Below are positions 41,580 to 50,875 of a DNA stretch of 64,000 bases, one piece after another. Each line of letters starts with the position of its first letter. Positions within the stretch are counted from its first letter, which is position 1. The position numbers and the translations under genes are program-made. Under the pieces are notes generated by a model. That model was not told the DNA's origin. It was given only the letters and a program-made list of their open reading frames with translations, and searched no databases. Source of the DNA: an uncultured Verrucomicrobiae bacterium (GTDB lineage Bacteria > Verrucomicrobiota > Verrucomicrobiia > Limisphaerales > JAFGQR01); assembly GCA_963788655.1 (NCBI GenBank), contig CAWBHS010000065.1:1-64000 (forward strand). Direction: 5' to 3'.

Positions 41580-41883
41580 AGTGGAACTATACGACAGGTT
41601 GGTATTCGCGCAAACGAGGGTGGGAAGTTTTCGCGGTAGTTTTGCAGTCAACGGTTGCTGCACCCACCACTGTTCTCGACGAGCACCCGGGAGTGCTCCC
41701 CGTCAGGGGTGGGTACGGGCTGGCTGTGCAGCACGACTATCGCGCAGAATGGACTTCAGCCATCCCATTCGCTGTTGGTTCAGCGTTTCAACTTTTCGCC
41801 CCTTCTCTCCTTCACCCTCCGTTACGGAGCAAATCCGAATTCAATGGCCTCCCCGGATCCGGTTGGTTAGGTAAAAATGATAG

Positions 41884-41929
41884 TTAGAATTATTCCAATT
41901 ATTGACAAGCCTCCGGCACTTGTTAGATT
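41884..41929 (+). promoter_or_regulatory. Fur/PerR-like box plus sigma70 promoter of the fur-suf operon
   Basis: 7-1-7 inverted repeat TTAGAAT-T-ATTCCAA (41884-41898), TTGACA (41902-41907), extended -10 TGtTAGATT (41921-41929). Confidence 0.65.
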
Positions 41930-41937
41930 GCCGCAGG

Positions 41938-42378
41938 ATGAAATCGGTGGGCAATACGATTGATGGCCGGCGGTTGAACGAACGGCTGGCCACGAGCGGG
42001 CTGCGCTTCACGGCGCAGCGCCGCCACGTTTATGAAGTGCTCCTGCAAAAACAGGATCACCCGTCCGCCGAAGAAATCTTTATCCGGGCCAAGAAGGGTA
42101 TGCCGGAAATTTCCATGGCCACGGTGTACAATTGCGTGGATACGCTGGTAAAGTGCGGCTTGGTGCGGTTGGTGCATTTGGATCGCGGCCCGACCCGCTA
42201 TTGTTCCAATATGCGGGAGCACGGACATTTTTACTGCGATGTCTGTGGCAGCGTTTATGATTTCGACCTGGCCCGAAATGCGCCGCCCGCCGAATTGCAA
42301 CTGCCGCGCGGCTACAAGGCCAGCCATTACGAGATTGCCGTCCATGGCGTCTGCCCGGATTGTGCGGACGCAAAGTGA
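41938..42378 (+). CDS. Fur-family transcriptional regulator (PerR-like)
   Basis: GLRFTAQR, HPSAEEI, SMATVYN, HGHFYCDVCG, GVCPDC. Confidence 0.92.
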   Translation: MKSVGNTIDGRRLNERLATSGLRFTAQRRHVYEVLLQKQDHPSAEEIFIRAKKGMPEISMATVYNCVDTLVKCGLVRLVHLDRGPTRYCSNMREHGHFYCDVCGSVYDFDLARNAPPAELQLPRGYKASHYEIAVHGVCPDCADAK

Positions 42379-42447
42379 ACAGCCGGTTGTGCGGATCAAA
42401 ACAGTCGAACGATTTAATTTTAACGAGAGTAACCAGTTAACGGAAAC

Positions 42448-43896
42448 ATGAGTTCAGCCACGGAAACCATCGAAGGCTTTGTCAAACGCGAGTACAAGTA
42501 CGGGTTCTACACCGACATGGAAGCCGACTCTGCGCCTCCCGGTTTGAATGAGGACATCATTCGGTTCATCTCGCTCAAGAAAGAAGAACCGGAGTGGCTT
42601 TTGGAATGGCGGTTGAAGGCGTACCGGCACTGGTTGACGATGAAGGTGCCCGCCTGGCCGAAGGTCCACTACCCGCCGGTTAACTTTCAGGACATCGTGT
42701 ATTACTCGGCGCCCCGCGGACAGGTCAACGCCCCCAAGAGCTTGGACGAAGTGGATCCCAAACTGCTCGAGACCTACGAAAAACTGGGCATTCCCCTGAA
42801 GGAACGTGAACGTCTGGCCGGGGTCGCGGTGGACGCGGTGTTTGACAGTGTGTCGGTGGGCACCACGTTCAAGGAGCGGCTGGCGGAGAAAGGCATCATC
42901 TTCTGCTCGATCAGCGAAGCGGTACGGGAACACCCGGAACTGGTGCGCAAGTACCTCGGCACGGTGGTTCCGTACAAGGACAATTTCTACGCGGCATTGA
43001 ATTCCGCGGTGTTTACCGACGGATCCTTTTGTTACATCCCCAAAGGCGTGCGGTGCCCGATGGAACTGTCCACCTATTTCCGCATCAACGCCGCCAAGTC
43101 CGGCCAGTTCGAACGCACCCTCATTGTGGCCGAGGAAGGCGCGTATGTAAGTTACTTGGAAGGCTGCACGGCCCCAATGCGCGATGAGAACCAGCTTCAC
43201 GCCGCGGTCGTCGAACTGCTCGCGTTGGAGCGGGCGGAAATCAAATATTCGACCGTGCAAAACTGGTATCCGGGCGATGAACAAGGACGCGGCGGCATTT
43301 ACAACTTCGTGACCAAGCGCGGCCTGTGTAAAGGTCGCAATTCGAAGATCTCCTGGACCCAGGTCGAAACCGGCTCAGCGATCACGTGGAAATATCCGAG
43401 CTGCATCCTCCAAGGCGAGAATGCCGTGGGCGAATTCTATTCCGTGGCGCTGACCAACAATTACCAACAGGCGGACACGGGCACCAAGATGGTTCACATC
43501 GGCAAGAACACCCGGAGCACGATTGTGTCCAAGGGCATTTCCGCCGGACACGGCCAGAACAGCTACCGCGGCCTGGTCAAAGTGCAGAAGAGCGCCGCCC
43601 ACGCGCGTAATTTCTCGCAGTGCGACTCGCTGTTGATTGGCGACCAGTGCGGCGCCCACACGTTTCCTTACATCGAAGTGAAAAACACCTCGGGCCGGGT
43701 CGAGCACGAGGCGACCACTTCGAAGATTGGCGAAGACCAAATTTTCTATTGCAACCAACGGGGCATTTCCACGCAGGACGCGGTGAACATGATCGTCAAC
43801 GGTTTTTGCAAAGAAGTGTTCCGTGAGCTGCCGATGGAGTTCGCCGTGGAAGCCCAAAAACTGCTGGGCGTGAGCCTGGAGGGTAGCGTAGGTTAG
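42448..43896 (+). CDS. sufB: Fe-S cluster assembly protein SufB
   Basis: [44 protein letters not shown]. Confidence 0.97.
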   Translation: MSSATETIEGFVKREYKYGFYTDMEADSAPPGLNEDIIRFISLKKEEPEWLLEWRLKAYRHWLTMKVPAWPKVHYPPVNFQDIVYYSAPRGQVNAPKSLDEVDPKLLETYEKLGIPLKERERLAGVAVDAVFDSVSVGTTFKERLAEKGIIFCSISEAVREHPELVRKYLGTVVPYKDNFYAALNSAVFTDGSFCYIPKGVRCPMELSTYFRINAAKSGQFERTLIVAEEGAYVSYLEGCTAPMRDENQLHAAVVELLALERAEIKYSTVQNWYPGDEQGRGGIYNFVTKRGLCKGRNSKISWTQVETGSAITWKYPSCILQGENAVGEFYSVALTNNYQQADTGTKMVHIGKNTRSTIVSKGISAGHGQNSYRGLVKVQKSAAHARNFSQCDSLLIGDQCGAHTFPYIEVKNTSGRVEHEATTSKIGEDQIFYCNQRGISTQDAVNMIVNGFCKEVFRELPMEFAVEAQKLLGVSLEGSVG

Positions 43897-43956
43897 CTGG
43901 CCGGACAGGAACACGAACCGACCGGTGCCATGGTGGTGTCGGAGGCGGGCAAAACT

Positions 43957-44451
43957 ATGGCAGAAGGCTTTTTCGACACAGCGCAGATTTGCAAGAACGG
44001 TCATCTGGTGAACGACAGCATGAAACGGTTTCCCGAAGCCAATTCACTATTTTGCTCCAAATGCGGCGAACCCACCATCACCGAGTGCGAAGCGTGCCAC
44101 ACGCCCATCCGCGGTTACTATCAGGTGCCGGGCGTCATCGGCTATTCCGAACGCAAAAAGGTGGCGCCGAACTTTTGCCACCACTGCGGCAAGACGTATC
44201 CCTGGACCGACCGCTGGCTGCAAACCAGCCGGGAAATGGTGAACGAGCTGGACGAATTGGCGCCGCCGGATCGGGAGCAGTTTCAACGCTGTCTGCCCGA
44301 CTTGGTGCGGGAAGGCCCGGCCACGGAACTGGCGGCAGTGCGCGTCCGGAAGATTATGAAGAAGCTCAACAAAGAGACCTATGAACTGACGCGAATGGTC
44401 ATTGACGAGCAGTTGAGCGAACCGGCGCGCAAAACCTTGTTTGGATTGTAA
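43957..44451 (+). CDS. DUF2321-like Cys-rich protein
   Basis: AQICKNGH, FCSKCG, ECEAC..PIRG, FCHHCGKTYPW, then a helical C-terminus. Confidence 0.7.
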   Translation: MAEGFFDTAQICKNGHLVNDSMKRFPEANSLFCSKCGEPTITECEACHTPIRGYYQVPGVIGYSERKKVAPNFCHHCGKTYPWTDRWLQTSREMVNELDELAPPDREQFQRCLPDLVREGPATELAAVRVRKIMKKLNKETYELTRMVIDEQLSEPARKTLFGL

Positions 44452-44527
44452 AACGCGCGAGGGGCGCACCGCCGATGGCGGGAACAATTTACTAATGAAG
44501 TAAGCGACGAGAACGAACAAAGAAGAC

Positions 44528-45298
44528 ATGACTCAACCAATCCTTGAAATCAAAAACCTGAGTGCCGGGGTCGAGAACAAACAGATTCTCAAAGGCATCA
44601 ACCTGACCGTCAATCCCGGCGAAGTCCACGCCGTCATGGGCCCGAATGGCAGCGGCAAGAGCACCCTCGCCGCGGTGCTCGCCGGTCGCGCCGGCTACGA
44701 GGTCAACGGCGGTGACGTGCTTTATCTGGGGCAGAACCTGCTCGAATTGGCTCCGGAAGAACGCGCTCGCGAAGGGCTCTTTCTCGCGTTCCAATACCCG
44801 GTGGAAATTCCCGGAGTCAACAGCACCTACTTTTTGAAAGCAGCCTACAACGAGATCCGCAAACACAAAAGCCAGCCCGAGCTCGACGCCATGGAGTTTC
44901 TCGAACTGGTGAAGGAGAGGATGAAGCTGTTGCACCTGCCGGATGACTTGCTCAAGCGTCCGGTGAACGAAGGGTTCTCCGGCGGCGAGAAAAAACGGAA
45001 TGAGATCTTTCAAATGGCGGTGCTGGAACCGCGCCTGGCCGTGCTCGATGAAACGGATTCCGGCCTGGACATTGACGCGCTTAAAGTCGTGGCCAACGGC
45101 GTCAACAAATTGAAAAGCGCCGACAACGCCCAGCTTGTCATCACCCATTACCAACGGCTGCTGAATTACATTGTGCCGGACTTCGTGCATGTCTTGTACG
45201 ACGGCCGGATCGTCAAATCCGGCGGCAAAGAGCTGGCGTTCGAACTCGAGGAAAAAGGCTACGACTGGATCATCAACCCGGAGCCTGTCCCAGCCTGA
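44528..45298 (+). CDS. sufC: Fe-S cluster assembly ATPase SufC
   Basis: GPNGSGKST, FQYPVEIPGV, GFSGGEKKRNE, LDETDSGLDIDA. Confidence 0.97.
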   Translation: MTQPILEIKNLSAGVENKQILKGINLTVNPGEVHAVMGPNGSGKSTLAAVLAGRAGYEVNGGDVLYLGQNLLELAPEERAREGLFLAFQYPVEIPGVNSTYFLKAAYNEIRKHKSQPELDAMEFLELVKERMKLLHLPDDLLKRPVNEGFSGGEKKRNEIFQMAVLEPRLAVLDETDSGLDIDALKVVANGVNKLKSADNAQLVITHYQRLLNYIVPDFVHVLYDGRIVKSGGKELAFELEEKGYDWIINPEPVPA

Positions 45299-45323
45299 TC
45301 CGACAACCCGTTTAAGGAACCAC

Positions 45324-46709
45324 ATGGTGACTGCTCTTCCCGCCAATTCGAATCAAGTCCTGAAAGAAACCGGCCCCTACTGGGACAAGTTCGCGCGGCT
45401 GCAAAAGGTCCTCCACGATCCGGACTGGGTGGCGGCGGCGCGCAAAGCGGCGATGTCCCGCTTCACCGAATTGGGCTTCCCCACCTTGCAGGATGAAGAC
45501 TGGCGCTTCACCAATCTGGCGCCGCTGGTCAAGCTGCCCTTTCGTCCACAGTTTGCGCTGCCCACCGAGGGTTTGACCCGCGACATCTTGGAACCGCTGG
45601 CCTTTGCCGGCGGCAACGGACCGCGGTTGGTATTCGTCAACGGCCATTTCGCCCCGGAACTTTCCACAGTAACTTCGCTGCCGGACGGCGTGATCGTGAG
45701 CAGCCTTGCCGCCGCGCTGGCGAAGGAGCCGGAACTGTTGCGGAAGCATCTATTCCGCGTGGCGAAAACCGAGGCCAATGCCTTTGCGGCTTTGAACACC
45801 GCGTTCTTCCAGGACGGCCTGTTCATTTATGTTCCTGCAGGCCAGGTTGTCTCCGAACCGGTGCAAGCGGTTTATGTCTCCACCGCCAAAGAAAATGGCG
45901 GCACCGCGCACCCGCGCAATTTGATCGTGGCCGAAGCCAACAGCCAATTGACCTTCCTCGAGAATTACGTCAGCGCCACGACGGCGGCACATTTTACCAA
46001 CGCCGTGACCGAATTGGTGGCGGGCGACAATGCGCAAATCGAACACGTCAAATACCAAAACGAAGGTCTGCAGGCCTTCCATTTGGCGGCGCTGCAATCC
46101 GACCTGGGCCGCAACTCTCGGGTGGCGATGCATTCGTTTGCCCTCGGCGCCCGGCTTTCCCGGAACAACATCGACACCTATCTCGGCGGCGAAGGGCTGG
46201 AGTGCATGTTGAACGGTCTGTACGTGACTCGTGACGACCAACTGGCCGACCATCACATGGTGGTCGAACACGCCCAGCCTCATTGCGACAGTCACGAGTA
46301 TTTCAATGGCATTCTCGCCGACCGATCCAAAGGGGTCTTCCACGGACGCATCCTGGTGCAGCCCGGTGCGCAAAAGACCGACGCCAAGCAAACCAACAAA
46401 AACTTGCTGCTTTCCGACGACGCCACGGTCGATACCAAACCGCAACTGGAGATTTACGCCGACGACGTGAAATGCACCCACGGCGCTACCATCGGCCAGT
46501 TGAACGAGGAATCCATTTTCTATCTCCGCTCGCGCGGCATCGGACTCGAAACCGCGCGCCGGATGTTGATTCATGCGTTTGCCGGCGAAATCATCGAACG
46601 CATTCGCCATCCGGCGGTGCGCGAGGAACTCGATCAAATTATTTGGGACCGCCTGGAAGAACATCCGTTGGTGGGTGAAAAACATGACGCCGCGTTGGTC
46701 GAAGCCTGA
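45324..46709 (+). CDS. sufD: Fe-S cluster assembly protein SufD
   Basis: EDWRFTN, AQKTDAKQ, KPQLEIYADDVKCTHGAT, FYLRSRGI. Confidence 0.95.
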   Translation: MVTALPANSNQVLKETGPYWDKFARLQKVLHDPDWVAAARKAAMSRFTELGFPTLQDEDWRFTNLAPLVKLPFRPQFALPTEGLTRDILEPLAFAGGNGPRLVFVNGHFAPELSTVTSLPDGVIVSSLAAALAKEPELLRKHLFRVAKTEANAFAALNTAFFQDGLFIYVPAGQVVSEPVQAVYVSTAKENGGTAHPRNLIVAEANSQLTFLENYVSATTAAHFTNAVTELVAGDNAQIEHVKYQNEGLQAFHLAALQSDLGRNSRVAMHSFALGARLSRNNIDTYLGGEGLECMLNGLYVTRDDQLADHHMVVEHAQPHCDSHEYFNGILADRSKGVFHGRILVQPGAQKTDAKQTNKNLLLSDDATVDTKPQLEIYADDVKCTHGATIGQLNEESIFYLRSRGIGLETARRMLIHAFAGEIIERIRHPAVREELDQIIWDRLEEHPLVGEKHDAALVEA

Positions 46710-46756
46710 ACCAATGGAACGTTTGAAATCCCCCCACCACTGGCCGTGCGCAGCCT

Positions 46757-47212
46757 ATGTTTGACGACTTAACCGATTTGTATCAGCAGGTCATTCTCGA
46801 CCACAGCAAGAGCCCGCGTAATTTCCACAAGCTCGAGGGCGCCACCCACACCGCGCGCGGCCAAAACCCGTTGTGCGGCGACAACGTCACGCTCTATCTG
46901 CAAACCGAAGGCGACGTCATCAAGGACATCAGTTTCGAAGGTTCGGGCTGCGCCATTTCGAAGGCTTCGGCCTCGTTGTTGACTGCCGCGCTCAAAGGTA
47001 AAACCAAGGCCGAAGTGAAAGCGCTGTTCGACAAAGTTCACGATATGGTGACCACCGGCAAAGGCAGCGGCGAAGTCGGCAAACTCTCAGTGTTTGCCGG
47101 CGTCCATAAATTTCCCGCGCGCGTCAAATGCGCCATTCTCCCATGGCACGCCGTCATGGCTGCCTTGGAAGGAAAACAGGAGCCGGTGAGCACGGAGAAA
47201 GAGGACACTTGA
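46757..47212 (+). CDS. sufU: SUF-system NifU/SufU protein
   Basis: LYQQVILDH, NPLCGD, GCAISKASAS, RVKCA. Confidence 0.93.
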   Translation: MFDDLTDLYQQVILDHSKSPRNFHKLEGATHTARGQNPLCGDNVTLYLQTEGDVIKDISFEGSGCAISKASASLLTAALKGKTKAEVKALFDKVHDMVTTGKGSGEVGKLSVFAGVHKFPARVKCAILPWHAVMAALEGKQEPVSTEKEDT

Positions 47213-47269
47213 TTGGCGCTCAACTGATGCCGTTTGTGCAAAAAACGTTTTCCCAAGATCTTTCAACCT

Positions 47270-47839
47270 ATGGACACGAATGAATCCGTAACGCTCGTTC
47301 GCGACGTCGAAGCCGCCATGGTGCCCGCGGGCACCCCGGTCACTTTGGAGAAAGGTGTTTCCGCCCGCATTACCCAATCGCTGGGCGGCACTTATACCGT
47401 CGTAGTCAATGGCAACATGTTCCGCATCGACAGCCGGAATGCCGACGCGTTGGGACTCAAGCCGGAAACACCATCCGCCGCGCCCGCCACGGAAGCGGGT
47501 CCGGGTAAATCCACGACGCCGGAAGACTTGGAAAAGCAGGTCTGGGACGAGTTGAAGAACGTTTACGATCCGGAGATCCCAGTCAATATCGTGGACCTCG
47601 GGCTCGTGTACGATTGCACGGTCAGCCCGCTCGGAACGGACAACACGTTCAAAGTCCACGTGCGCATGACCCTGACCGCGCCCGGTTGTGGCATGGGACC
47701 CATGATTGCCCAGGATGCCCAGAACCGCCTGCTCTCCCTCGAACCCGTCGATGAAGCCGAAGTCGAGTTGGTGTGGGATCCGCCATGGAACCAAGACATG
47801 CTGTCCGAAACCGCCAAATTGCAGCTTGGATTGATGTAG
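47270..47839 (+). CDS. sufT: SufT (DUF59) Fe-S assembly protein
   Basis: ITQSLGG, YDPEIPVNIVDLGLVY, MTLTAPGCGMG, VWDPPW. Confidence 0.9.
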   Translation: MDTNESVTLVRDVEAAMVPAGTPVTLEKGVSARITQSLGGTYTVVVNGNMFRIDSRNADALGLKPETPSAAPATEAGPGKSTTPEDLEKQVWDELKNVYDPEIPVNIVDLGLVYDCTVSPLGTDNTFKVHVRMTLTAPGCGMGPMIAQDAQNRLLSLEPVDEAEVELVWDPPWNQDMLSETAKLQLGLM

Positions 47840-47851
47840 GATCGCAATTCC

Positions 47852-49114
47852 ATGACCACGGAAAACGCCACCTCATCTGCCGCCACCCAGTCGGTCGATT
47901 GGCCCTCATTGCGCGCTGACTTTCCCATTCTCGATCAGCAGGTCAACGGCAAGCCCTTGATCTATTTTGACAATGCGGCAACGTCGCAAAAACCGCGGGC
48001 CGTGATCGAGGCCTTGCGCCATTATTACGAGCACGACAACGCCAATGTCCACCGCGGTATTCACAAGCTGAGCAACCGGGCCACCGCCGCCTTTGAAGCC
48101 GCGCGGGAACGCACCGCGAAGTTCATCAATGCCCATAGCGCCGAGGAAATTGTCTTCACGCGCGGCACCACCGAGGGCATCAACTTGGTCGCCCAGGCTT
48201 GGGGTTCCCAGCATCTTCAGCGCGGCGACAAAATTCTGCTCACCGAGATGGAGCACCACAGCAACATCGTGCCCTGGCAACTGCTGGCGAAACGCAGCGG
48301 CGCGCAACTGGTGTATTTACCCGTAACCGGTGATCTGGGTTTGATCGATTTCTCCCGACTCGACGATTGGCTGACCCCGGAGGTCAAACTGGTTTCGCTG
48401 ACCCATATCTCGAACTCACTCGGTACGATCAATCCGGTAGCCGAAGTCTGCGCGAAAGCGCGAAAGCGCGGTATCACCACGCTCGTCGATGCGGCCCAAA
48501 GCGCGGGCCACCGGAAGCTTGATGTTCAGGAGATCGGCTGCGATTTCCTGGCGTTCAGCGGACACAAAATGTGCGGGCCCACCGGTTTCGGCATTCTTTA
48601 TGGCCGCGCCGAGCAATTGGAAGCCATGCCCCCATACCAGGGTGGCGGCGAAATGATTCTGTCCGTGGATTTCCAAGAGACGACCTTCAAGCAAGCGCCG
48701 CACAAGTTTGAAGCGGGCACGCCCGACATCTCCGGCGCCATCGGGCTGCACGCCGCGATGGATTATCTGGACCGGATCGAGCGCGATAACATTGCCCGGC
48801 ACGATCTGGAACTGGGCGCCTACGCGTACGAAAAGCTCGCGCAACTGAAGAACATTCGCCTCTTTGGACCCGCCACCGGCCGGGCTGGCTTGGTAAGCTT
48901 TTTGTTGAAAGACATCCACGCGCATGACGTGGTGACGGTGGCGGACCAATTCGGCGTGGCCCTGCGCGGTGGGCACCATTGCAATCAGCCGTTGATGCAC
49001 AAGCTGGGCGTCGAATCCACGGCCCGCGCCAGTTTCTATTTTTACAACACCACCGCCGAAATTGACCGGTTCGTGGAAGTCATTCGTGAAATCCAGAAAT
49101 TCTTTGGTGCGTAA
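47852..49114 (+). CDS. sufS: Cysteine desulfurase SufS
   Basis: DNAATSQKP, EHHSNIVPW, FSGHKMCGP (PLP Lys), RGGHHCNQP (catalytic Cys). Confidence 0.96.
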   Translation: MTTENATSSAATQSVDWPSLRADFPILDQQVNGKPLIYFDNAATSQKPRAVIEALRHYYEHDNANVHRGIHKLSNRATAAFEAARERTAKFINAHSAEEIVFTRGTTEGINLVAQAWGSQHLQRGDKILLTEMEHHSNIVPWQLLAKRSGAQLVYLPVTGDLGLIDFSRLDDWLTPEVKLVSLTHISNSLGTINPVAEVCAKARKRGITTLVDAAQSAGHRKLDVQEIGCDFLAFSGHKMCGPTGFGILYGRAEQLEAMPPYQGGGEMILSVDFQETTFKQAPHKFEAGTPDISGAIGLHAAMDYLDRIERDNIARHDLELGAYAYEKLAQLKNIRLFGPATGRAGLVSFLLKDIHAHDVVTVADQFGVALRGGHHCNQPLMHKLGVESTARASFYFYNTTAEIDRFVEVIREIQKFFGA

Positions 49115-49162
49115 CAGTTCAACCCGACTGCAATCGCCAGCCAGCGAGCCAGTGACGAAACC

Positions 49163-49711
49163 ATGACCACTCTCGTTCGCGAATTGGAAGCCCGACTGCA
49201 GCCGTGGCGTCCCGACAATGCGCCGGAGGTTGAGCGGGATTTGCTGCGCACCCTGGCCCGCCTCGAAAACGAAGAGGCCTTGGGCCCCATCGACGCCACT
49301 GGCCAACCGGGGCGGTTCATTCTGGCGGCCGGTGGTTTGGTTTGGCATCGGCCGGCCCACGAACGATGCCTGGCGCTCATCCATCGTCCGCGCTATGACG
49401 ACTGGACCCTGCCCAAAGGAAAAATGGACCACGGGGAAATCCCCTCCAAAACGGCGCGCCGCGAAGTCTGGGAAGAAACCGCCTGCCGGGTCGAACTCCG
49501 CCAATTTGCCGGCATCATTGATTACGTCGTCAAGACTGGCCCCAAATTTGTGCTCTACTGGGAAATGGAGGCCATTCAGGTCAACCCGCTCAAGCCCTCT
49601 TCCGAAGTGGACGACCTGGTCTGGCTGCCTTTACCGGCGGCACGGCAGCGGCTGAGCTACGACGTGGAGCGTAATTTCTTACAGCGCGTTCTGGCGCCGG
49701 AAGACGTTTGA
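49163..49711 (+). CDS. NUDIX hydrolase (MutT1-like)
   Basis: HRPRYDDWTLPKGKMDHGE...ARREVWEETA Nudix box. Confidence 0.88.
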   Translation: MTTLVRELEARLQPWRPDNAPEVERDLLRTLARLENEEALGPIDATGQPGRFILAAGGLVWHRPAHERCLALIHRPRYDDWTLPKGKMDHGEIPSKTARREVWEETACRVELRQFAGIIDYVVKTGPKFVLYWEMEAIQVNPLKPSSEVDDLVWLPLPAARQRLSYDVERNFLQRVLAPEDV

Positions 49712-49773
49712 AAGCCAAGCTTGCCACAGGAAAACGAGTCGTTACCCTGCGCCGCAATACAACATTTAACACT

Positions 49774-50220
49774 ATGAAAATCTTCTCAATGATTATCGCG
49801 CTGTTGGTGGCGACGTCCTTCAACCTGCTCGCCGCCGATGGTGGAGCCCGGAACGCCAAAAAAGCCAAGGCCCCCAAGGAAAGCAAGCAGGCCAAAACCG
49901 CCAAGCAGCCCAAGGGCAAGCTGTATCACGTCGTGGCGTTCAAATTTAAAGCCGACGCCACTCCGGAACAAATCAAGGAAGTGGAAGACGCCTTCGAGGC
50001 GTTGAAAGGCAAGGTTGCGGAGATCAAGTCCCTGGAATGGGGCACCAACGTCAGCCCGGAAAAACACGACAAGGGCTTCACCCATTGCTTCGTCCTCACC
50101 TTCAAAAAAGAAGCGGATCGTGATGCGTACCTCGTGCATCCGGCCCACAAGGCCTTTGGCGCTCTGGTCGGACCGGTAATGGACGATGTCTTTGTGGTGG
50201 ATTTCTGGGGAAAGAAATAA
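49774..50220 (+). CDS. Dabb (stress-responsive alpha/beta barrel) protein with signal peptide
   Basis: HVVAFKFK, WGTNVSPE, GFTHCF, YLVHPAH, VFVVDF. Confidence 0.88.
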   Translation: MKIFSMIIALLVATSFNLLAADGGARNAKKAKAPKESKQAKTAKQPKGKLYHVVAFKFKADATPEQIKEVEDAFEALKGKVAEIKSLEWGTNVSPEKHDKGFTHCFVLTFKKEADRDAYLVHPAHKAFGALVGPVMDDVFVVDFWGKK

Positions 50221-50235
50221 ATCTTCAGCGGCCAC

Positions 50236-50451
50236 AGCCGCACCAAGGCGCATCGTCAATGGCGCGGCCAGGAGTTTCAGCGCGACCTCCAAGCCCGCGG
50301 GATTTACGTCCCCAGCACCTCCTGGGCAGGACTGGCCGAAGAAGCCGGCGGCGCGTACAAGGACATAGATGAGGTTATCGAAGCGTCTGACCTCGCCGGA
50401 TTGTGTCGGCGCGTAGTGCGGCTGACGCCCATCGGTAACATCAAAGGTTGA
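50236..50451 (+). pseudogene. rtcB: C-terminal remnant of RtcB RNA ligase
   Basis: Hand translation: SRTKAHRQWRG..LQARGIYV / LAEEAGGAYKDIDEVIE...VRLTPIGNIKG*. This is the RtcB C-terminus; no N-terminal part is present. Confidence 0.75.
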
Positions 50452-50452
50452 C

Positions 50453-50662
50453 ATGCCCAATCGCACCCCCACGACCATCATCAGCGGTCCGCTCGGTAGC
50501 GGCAAGACCACCCTGCTGCGTTATGTGCTCGCATCTACTCGACGCAAGCTCGCCATTGTGATGAACGAGTTTGACGGAGTAGCGATTGACATCAAGATCA
50601 TCGAAGACAAAAGCATTCGCGTGGCCGAACGGGCCGGACAACGTTACCCGAAAACCCAATAG
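50453..50662 (+). pseudogene. N-terminal fragment of a CobW/COG0523-family GTPase
   Basis: TIISGPLGSGKTTLL..LAIVMNEFD; truncated before the CxCC motif. Confidence 0.7.
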
Positions 50663-50871
50663 ACCACGACCTGGACCGCGCAAATCAGCACTGCCCAGAA
50701 ACGCACATTGCGCCACCACGGCGGTACCCCATCTTCCTGGCCAATCAGTCGTTTGGGCAGGGCCATGATGCCGATCAAGAGCAGCAGGAACACACCGCTG
50801 AACATGATTTGTCCGATGGACGCCAGCAGCAGGATTGAAATACCGGTGGACATAAAGAGAACCATTTCCAT
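50644..50871 (-). CDS. Small membrane protein downstream of the SSS transporter
   Basis: About 75 aa, hydrophobic, PPWWRNVRFWA; starts 4 nt after the SSS stop. Confidence 0.6.
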   Translation of the reverse strand: MEMVLFMSTGISILLLASIGQIMFSGVFLLLLIGIMALPKRLIGQEDGVPPWWRNVRFWAVLICAVQVVVYWVFG

Positions 50872-50875
50872 CGCT

